A DNA stretch of 41,172 nt, taken from positions 1 to 41,172 of IMG/VR virus record IMGVR_UViG_3300044983_000399. One strand, 5' to 3'. The translations under genes were made by a program, and so were the position numbers. Under the pieces are notes generated by a model that saw only the letters and a program-made list of their open reading frames with translations, had not been told where the DNA came from and made no database searches. Shown here piece after piece: positions 35,443-41,172 of the stretch. This stretch comes from a virus. Lineage: Duplodnaviria > Caudoviricetes. The number at the start of each line of letters is the position of its first letter. Position 1 is the stretch's first letter.

Positions 35443-38400
35443 TTATAGAACTTTCACCGCCCATGCTCTTGGGCCATCGTAGCTAAAGCCCAAATAGCAA
35501 CTCACGCGGACGTTCTCGGAGCGACCACGGTCTAACCCGAGCGGTCCTGGAACAAAGAAAGCTCTAATACCTCCTGCAAGCTCAATTTCTCCGGCTTGAG
35601 GACCAGTTATTGATAAGACTGATCCCTCCACTCGCTCAAGGTCCATAGCATCTGACCAGAAATCGATTTTTCTATCCCACTCCCCAAGTTGATCTGTGTG
35701 GGTTATTCTTTTCAAGCCCACACCACTTGAAAGCCATTCAAAGCTCAGCTTTCTGCTGCGCCTCAAGCGACTTATATTTCGGCATTCCTCTAGTTCTTTT
35801 TGATATTTCTCAAAAGCTAGAATTGACCCGTCCAATGCCTGGATGGCGTAGAGCACAGAAAGATAATAAGGGGCATCACTACTCGATTGAATGCTTTTCC
35901 AATATGCGACTTTTTCAATTGCTGAATCTACACTCGGAGGAGCGTTCAAAAAGCGTGACGCCTGAATCCATAACCTAACGTTAGCATCATTTCCCGGTTC
36001 TTCCGATAAATTTTCATCTAGCAAAGTTACGCAGCGTTCTATCTCTTTATTGCTCAGGTTTTCCCACTTTCTGCCTCGTCGGGCCAAGTAAGTCCAGACA
36101 ATCTGCCGGCGGATCGGGGGCGCATAAATGCCGCTTCTTTCAGGATTGTCTAGCAGGCTCTGCCAGCGTTGCAGTGCTATTTCGTGAGAGCCATAGAGCC
36201 TATCTAGTTCAGCTCGACATACTTCCTCATAGTCACTTGAATTGCTACGGGTGTTCATCCTACGGACAGTAGAGAGAAAGGTTTCTGCGCGTTCGAAAGC
36301 TTCTTTGAGCCATTTATTTTGGCTTTTACTAGACGCGTCCACTGGCGATAGTTTTTTTGCCTTGGCTGCGTACTCAAGAACCTTGATTATGAGCTGTACC
36401 TCACTAATATACTTGTGTTCATCGTCCGCACTAAGGTCTCTTGAGTGATCGAAGGATAAGGATGCCGCTGCAGCTGAGTCTAGGACTAAGTCCAAATCAA
36501 AAGAATTTTCAATTTTGTAGTAAGCCTCAGAGCGGTCGACCATGCCCTTCATGTGATGGAGCACTGAGTCGCCAGGCTCCAAATTGATAGCGGTTTCCAA
36601 AGAGTCTCTGGCCTCATCGAAACGTTGCAGTTGAAGTGAGTATAAGCGCCCAAGGTGGGCCCAATAATGAGGCTCGTTTGGAAACAGCCCGACAATATGA
36701 TTCAGTAATCTCAACCTCCCTTCCGGCGTTGGGATGTCCATCACCAATTGTGAGAAATATCGTTCACCCGAACTTACTGTGCCCAGCAGATCGGAAGCGT
36801 TACGATAAAAGAAAGTCCTAGTCACTACCTCACTTAACTTATCGGTTGCGGTATTGTTAAGAGACCGACAAAATTCCACAAACTCGCAGGAAATGTCGAC
36901 GAGTCCGCCTTTCCAAGTGCGGGAATCCGCACCATTTTTAGTGAGGTTCTGAACCAGTACTTCTTTTCCGATTTGGTAGTGCATCGGCCTCCACACTCCC
37001 GCACTCTCTTCTACGAGCAGCCCTATCGCCGCAGGAGATAAAGCTTTACGCAAATCAACTATTTTCGTTGCTGGCAGACTTAGAAAGCTTGAGAAATCTT
37101 GCGCATTGAGACTTTGTTGGCCGTAGACGTACGCAAGGCTAAAGTATGTGAGAATCTTTTTCTGACTTTCCGGAAGACTTTCTAGATGCCGGGCAACATA
37201 GGAATTTAGTCCGTCGAAATTTTCGTTAAATGCGGTCAGGCCATACAATAGTACCGTAGGGTTCTGCGATTGAGTTAAGTTCCTTAGCTCATCCGCTTTG
37301 TCCGGGCACACATTCGAAAATGCGATATTGAATCTGCCAGCCTCCATACTTTCGAGCTGGCTATCCACCTCGAACACTTGCTGAGCCTTCCTAGGCGGCC
37401 CATTTAAGCGTCGAAAAACCTGGAGAAAGACAGATGGGATCTGCCGAGAAGCGAGCAAGTCGCTTAACCCTTCGCTGTCCTTATCCGAAATTACCCCGCC
37501 TTCTCTCAATATTAGAATCGGATTCTCGGTTGCCTGATAGATTCGTTGGATTCTCTCAATCGTCTCTCTGGGCTTACAGTGATTGAGTACTATCGTTGGG
37601 AACTCTTCGTGGATATCCCAAAGTATCCTTCTGGCAAGTGTCGAGCCTCCAGCCCCAGGGTAATGAAATATATTTATCGTGGAAGACTTTCTTGACCGCA
37701 AATCACTTAAAACCAGTTTCTTGATCATCGAGGTCTTAATGCGATCAATATCTGCTCGCAGGTTAAGTCCTTCCCATGTTACTGGAAAGCCTTTTAGGAA
37801 AGCTGTTTTGTCATAGCTTAACTCTACCTGCCCTATGCCAAGGTGTACTAGCTCCAGATCCTCCTGCAACCAGTTATAATCTTGAGGGGGGATTATTTTT
37901 TTGATTCCATCTCTACCGGGCAGAAGTATAGAGTTTATTCCGCTCGCTTTTTTTGCGACGTCTAGTGAGGCCAGACCTTCGAAAAATTGTCCTGCACTCA
38001 GTTCTACGATTTCGGACTCGCTGCTCTCGGCGATAGCTTTTAGAGATTCGGCTTGATCCGTAATAATAACTTTTGTGACGCTGTCTCCAAGCAACTCAAC
38101 AGCATCGTCTAAGCATCTCGATAAGTGCTTAGAAAGGGACAAATCGCTCCAAAGAGCAACTAGAACAACCGGTTCAGAGCTGCTTTTGGCGATAGTGCTA
38201 AATTTTTCCTTGAAATCTTGGGCGTAGACCGTCAACCACTCGTTCCAGTTCCTGCTTACACATGTGATATCACGGCCGGTCCTTCCGCGTGCAAAGTACC
38301 AGGTCGTGGATAGCTGTAGATTACCAGTCAACTGATCCCCTTTAGTTGCCACATGCACGCTCCGAGCGCTGGCAAGGCTTTCAATTCCCTTAATCGTACT

Positions 38401-39117
38401 GGAAGTTGCAGATGCTTCTACGTCGAAATCAACAATTAAGTTCCAGTCAACGCCGGATATATGTTCTAGATCCAAACTCGGCCTCTGATCTTCCTGGGCT
38501 AACAACAATATATATCGCTGCCTTTTGGAAGTTAGGTCTACTAGGTTTCGTAATCTATCCCAAGCTGATATTCCTTGATCACCGGTTCGGCCTTGTAGAT
38601 ATTCACCTGTTGAAAACCAATGATAAATTAACTTGCTCTCATCATGGTTTGCTTCATCATTCATCGTGCTTCGACGCCAATACACTGTTTTTGGTATCAG
38701 TGTTTTTTTATCGAGACTTTTGCTTTCGAGGATTACGAATGGTCCAACCATTGATTCCCTGTCCAGAATTTCGATGACCCCATATTGTTTTCCCTTATAG
38801 GAGACCTCAATATATCTAAACTTTGGAAACGGGTAGACCATGCCGTCAAGCTTTTGTTGTAGTGTGTTGTCATCTTCGTGCTCTTCTATGCCGAGAAGTT
38901 CACGCTCTCCGTTTGCTTTAGCTTTTACTCCAATGATGATATAAGCGGAGCCCAAGCGCGGAGTGTTCGCCATGCTGACGACGTCTTTAACAAATCTTGC
39001 ACGCTTCCGGTGAACATCAAATGGGTCTAAACCATGAAACTTGTAGCTTTCAGATTTGAAGTCTAACGTATCCGACTCCGAGCGTCCGAGTAGTTCCTCA
39101 AAAGCATTTTCGTCCAT
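35443..39117 (-). CDS. SAMD9-like protein (AlbA_2/Schlafen, SIR2-like, STAND-like NTPase, TPR, OB-fold); putative anti-phage defence (Avs9-like)
   Basis: ESDTLDFK..KDVVSMANT..YIIIGV; VDWNLIVDFD; FHYPGAGGSTLARRILWD; HYWAHLGRLY; YLGFSYDGPRAW. Confidence 0.85.
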   Translation of the reverse strand: MDENAFEELLGRSESDTLDFKSESYKFHGLDPFDVHRKRARFVKDVVSMANTPRLGSAYIIIGVKAKANGERELLGIEEHEDDNTLQQKLDGMVYPFPKFRYIEVSYKGKQYGVIEILDRESMVGPFVILESKSLDKKTLIPKTVYWRRSTMNDEANHDESKLIYHWFSTGEYLQGRTGDQGISAWDRLRNLVDLTSKRQRYILLLAQEDQRPSLDLEHISGVDWNLIVDFDVEASATSSTIKGIESLASARSVHVATKGDQLTGNLQLSTTWYFARGRTGRDITCVSRNWNEWLTVYAQDFKEKFSTIAKSSSEPVVLVALWSDLSLSKHLSRCLDDAVELLGDSVTKVIITDQAESLKAIAESSESEIVELSAGQFFEGLASLDVAKKASGINSILLPGRDGIKKIIPPQDYNWLQEDLELVHLGIGQVELSYDKTAFLKGFPVTWEGLNLRADIDRIKTSMIKKLVLSDLRSRKSSTINIFHYPGAGGSTLARRILWDIHEEFPTIVLNHCKPRETIERIQRIYQATENPILILREGGVISDKDSEGLSDLLASRQIPSVFLQVFRRLNGPPRKAQQVFEVDSQLESMEAGRFNIAFSNVCPDKADELRNLTQSQNPTVLLYGLTAFNENFDGLNSYVARHLESLPESQKKILTYFSLAYVYGQQSLNAQDFSSFLSLPATKIVDLRKALSPAAIGLLVEESAGVWRPMHYQIGKEVLVQNLTKNGADSRTWKGGLVDISCEFVEFCRSLNNTATDKLSEVVTRTFFYRNASDLLGTVSSGERYFSQLVMDIPTPEGRLRLLNHIVGLFPNEPHYWAHLGRLYSLQLQRFDEARDSLETAINLEPGDSVLHHMKGMVDRSEAYYKIENSFDLDLVLDSAAAASLSFDHSRDLSADDEHKYISEVQLIIKVLEYAAKAKKLSPVDASSKSQNKWLKEAFERAETFLSTVRRMNTRSNSSDYEEVCRAELDRLYGSHEIALQRWQSLLDNPERSGIYAPPIRRQIVWTYLARRGRKWENLSNKEIERCVTLLDENLSEEPGNDANVRLWIQASRFLNAPPSVDSAIEKVAYWKSIQSSSDAPYYLSVLYAIQALDGSILAFEKYQKELEECRNISRLRRSRKLSFEWLSSGVGLKRITHTDQLGEWDRKIDFWSDAMDLERVEGSVLSITGPQAGEIELAGGIRAFFVPGPLGLDRGRSENVRVSCYLGFSYDGPRAWAVKVL

Positions 39118-39636
39118 GCGAGCAAAACCTAATTTTGTTGGCTTGATTACTCGTCCCTTGATGCAAATTACCGGGGCCCGGTATGTCGAGGTACGAAACT
39201 GTCTAAACTATGCCGGTTCCGCGCCTGGACAGCAAGCTGTGGCCAGCATAATAGATCCTGGGTAGATCACTCTCTTGCTATCTGCCAAGTTGAGCTTGAC
39301 TAGTGGGGCGTGTTATACACTCGCAGTTACCTTCACTATTCTCATCACATAGCGAAGGGCTTTCTATGCTGAACGTAAGCATGCTGGATCCCGCAGTGTT
39401 GGAAACATTGTCAGTTTTGCTCGCGTCGATCCAGCCCCTCAGACGTGTTTCAAAGTCTAGCATCCCCCGTCAATTGCGTGCATTTAAGGTGGCGGCATGA
39501 CCGCCTGGCCTGTCAGGAAGCGTTCTGAATATTTTAGTCTAGGCTCAGTAATTTAGAGTCTGATAGCGGTATAAGCGTGTAGTGCATTCCAAGAAAAACG
39601 CGCGTAACTCGTCGGAGTCACGGGCGCTTTTGAATG

Positions 39637-39664
39637 TGGCGGTGACGGAGAAATCCGAACTCTC
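39637..39664 (-). other. Degenerate tRNA 3'-end fragment (att-like scar)
   Basis: Minus strand GAGAGTTCGGATTTCTCCGTCACCGCCA: T-arm-like GTTCG plus acceptor end CCA; no full tRNA body. Confidence 0.5.
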
Positions 39665-39710
39665 ATCACTTCAGGCGTCCATAGCGTCCGAATCAGCGCC
39701 CAAGCAATGA

Positions 39711-39730
39711 CTGCTATTGGCCGAAAGCGG
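39711..39730 (-). repeat. Right 20-bp imperfect inverted repeat flanking the accessory cassette
   Basis: CTGCTATTGGCCGAAAGCGG. Confidence 0.6.
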
Positions 39731-39801
39731 TCCGTTATGATTTTCAAATTGACCATCATCAGGCTTGCCCGACGCGACCGTGAACTCTGAGGGATGAAGG
39801 G

Positions 39802-39950
39802 GGGGCAAAAATGGGGCAAATCACACGCCAATCTATGCCATTTAATGCCTGTTATGAATTTAAGCAGTCTGCTGAACAGAGGCATTCTGACCAGCAACCA
39901 CGGGACTTTGCCCTAAAGTTTTCCGCATACTCCTACACAATCGAGGTGTG
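39802..39950. other. Putative prophage att end (integrase arm-type and Xis-type repeats)
   Basis: GGGGCAAA twice (39802, 39813); ACGCCA/ATGCCA/ATGCCT at 10-bp spacing (39825-39850). Confidence 0.5.
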
Positions 39951-39955
39951 CTTTG

Positions 39956-40168
39956 TCAGAGACGATTGGTTCGTAGCTTAGCCAGGCCCTGCTTGATGTG
40001 CCCAGCGTTTTCGCCGATCACGAATAGAGCACCGCGTACGTTGTTACCAACCTCATCCATGCCTTGCTTTTCGCTTTGGAGAGCAAACTCCATCAGAGCT
40101 GCTTCCAACGCGAGCTGATTCTCGTACATTCGTTCAAGCAAATCTTGAAGTGAGTATTCCCCTGCCAT
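39956..40168 (-). CDS. Small hypothetical protein
   Basis: MAGEYSLQDLLERMYENQLALEAALME..., helical, plausible RBS. Confidence 0.7.
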   Translation of the reverse strand: MAGEYSLQDLLERMYENQLALEAALMEFALQSEKQGMDEVGNNVRGALFVIGENAGHIKQGLAKLRTNRL

Positions 40169-40299
40169 GTGTGTCACCCCGCCTAAAAGGGCTAAGCATA
40201 GCAGTGGCCCAGTAAATTGGTGCTTGCTTAAAAATTGGTACGAAAACGGCCGCTCAACGCCTCGAAAGCAGGACTAGCGCCAGTTTTGGGGAGGGCTAC

Positions 40300-40316
40300 G
40301 TCCAATCCATCATCGG
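40300..40316 (-). other. dusA-like att-core remnant
   Basis: Minus strand CCGATGATGGATTGGAC encodes PMMDW(T), the conserved DusA N-terminal motif; the rest of dusA is absent. Confidence 0.55.
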
Positions 40317-40407
40317 GCGGTGAGGACTTGGCTCCGAGACCGCGTATGCACTGCATGCTTGGCAGTATTGCGCTAACCTCCAGCTCTTAAAATTAAGGAT
40401 GATCTTG

Positions 40408-40806
40408 ATGAAGTTCTTCACCGTGGCCTTATCTCTGCTGCTAGTTGCGTGTCCAGTGTTTTCTTGCGACTGGAAAGTCAGCAAAACCACAGATCAGATG
40501 ACCGACGTGGTCACGTGTGCTGTGACTTCCGCCAAAGCAAAAGTTTCATTTTATCGGCATGGAAAGGATCGTCCCAACGTCAACGACGGAAGTGCCTACA
40601 GCGAATCCAGCCTGAGAATCAGAATCGATGACAACAAGGTCATCTCGATGGGCGATAACGCGTATACGCGCCAAAAGGCTTTGGATGAGTTGCTGCCGCA
40701 GCTGAAATCCGGCACGCGTATCCGCACCTCTTTTGATGACTACCCTGAATACAGAGAAGGGGATGCGCCGTTGTGTAATCTCCAGAAGCTATTGGATGCT
40801 TGCTGA
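40408..40806 (+). CDS. Secreted hypothetical protein
   Basis: Signal peptide MKFFTVALSLLLVACPVFS; W-V-TDQMTD motif. Confidence 0.75.
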   Translation: MKFFTVALSLLLVACPVFSCDWKVSKTTDQMTDVVTCAVTSAKAKVSFYRHGKDRPNVNDGSAYSESSLRIRIDDNKVISMGDNAYTRQKALDELLPQLKSGTRIRTSFDDYPEYREGDAPLCNLQKLLDAC

Positions 40807-40825
40807 AAACTTAGGGAGGCCCTGT

Positions 40826-41172
40826 ATGTTTTGGAAGAAAAAAGTGGCGGCGCTGACTGATGAACAGTTTTTATTCAGACGATTGCCGCCGCCAATGAGA
40901 GCGGCGATCAGCACATAGAGCGGACCTATCGTGTGCTGTTTCTCGCGCAGGATGCAGAGAAAATTCGTGTCAGTATGCAAAGCATTGCCGACAACTATAG
41001 CGACGGACTCAGCGATCTGACCCGAGGAGCCTGTCATCTTTTTCCGACGCCGTTGGCCGATGAAGTTGAAGGGCTGGAGCGTTTGGTCATTGACACTTTC
41101 GAGATGGTCGAGGGGGTGGCGGATACGGCTAAGGATCTAGTGATCAAGTTAAGTCGGCAGACACGACAATGA
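40826..41172 (+). pseudogene. Frameshifted hypothetical gene
   Basis: GGGAGG RBS and ATG at 40826. The frame changes by -1 near the T5 run at 40868-40872 into a frame open to TGA 41172. Confidence 0.5.

Larger units (their letters stand above)
1..39950. mobile_element. Temperate prophage (lambda-like head, P2-like contractile tail); left end outside window, right end approximate
   Basis: Continuous repressor/cro, replication, terminase, portal, capsid, baseplate, sheath, tape measure and lysis genes; att-arm-like repeats near 39800-39950. Confidence 0.93.

Noticed and set aside
39637-39664. Functional tRNA gene
   Set aside because: Only a degenerate T-arm and acceptor 3' strand; no D-arm or anticodon arm
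39056-39897. Short ORFs upstream of the SAMD9-like gene as partner genes
   Set aside because: No clear RBS or motifs; they overlap att-like scars, so a second component cannot be supported
40296-40490. 64-aa minus-strand ORF ending PMMDWT
   Set aside because: Only the last codons resemble DusA; treated as an att remnant, not a gene

Overview
The window is mostly one temperate prophage, probably from Pseudomonas (inferred from gene content, not from a database search). The left arm and integrase lie outside the window. From left to right it holds: a leftward early operon (HD phosphohydrolase, PrtN-like activator, KilAC antirepressor); a cI/cro switch with TAACC-N5-GGTTA operators; CII-like, TraR-like and TOPRIM primase-VirE helicase genes; a repeat-rich origin/late-promoter region; a holin; a lambda-like head; a P2/R-pyocin-like contractile tail; a GH19 endolysin with nested Rz/Rz1; a Dam-type methyltransferase; and a LexA-boxed SRAP/umuDC module. 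The strongest candidate system is an AT-rich 1224-aa gene (35443-39117, minus) with the domain string of human SAMD9/SAMD9L (AlbA_2/Schlafen, SIR2-like, STAND-like NTPase, TPR, OB-fold). It is flanked by 20-bp inverted repeats and is a likely prophage-borne anti-phage sensor-effector. Other notable items: a membrane-anchored PD-(D/E)XK-like gene coupled to cI, RsmA-type ACGGA hairpins and strand-polar CACCACA motifs in regulatory leaders, a +1/-2 tail-chaperone frameshift, and several att-like scars at the right end. All calls come from reading the sequence and recalled family motifs; no searches were run.
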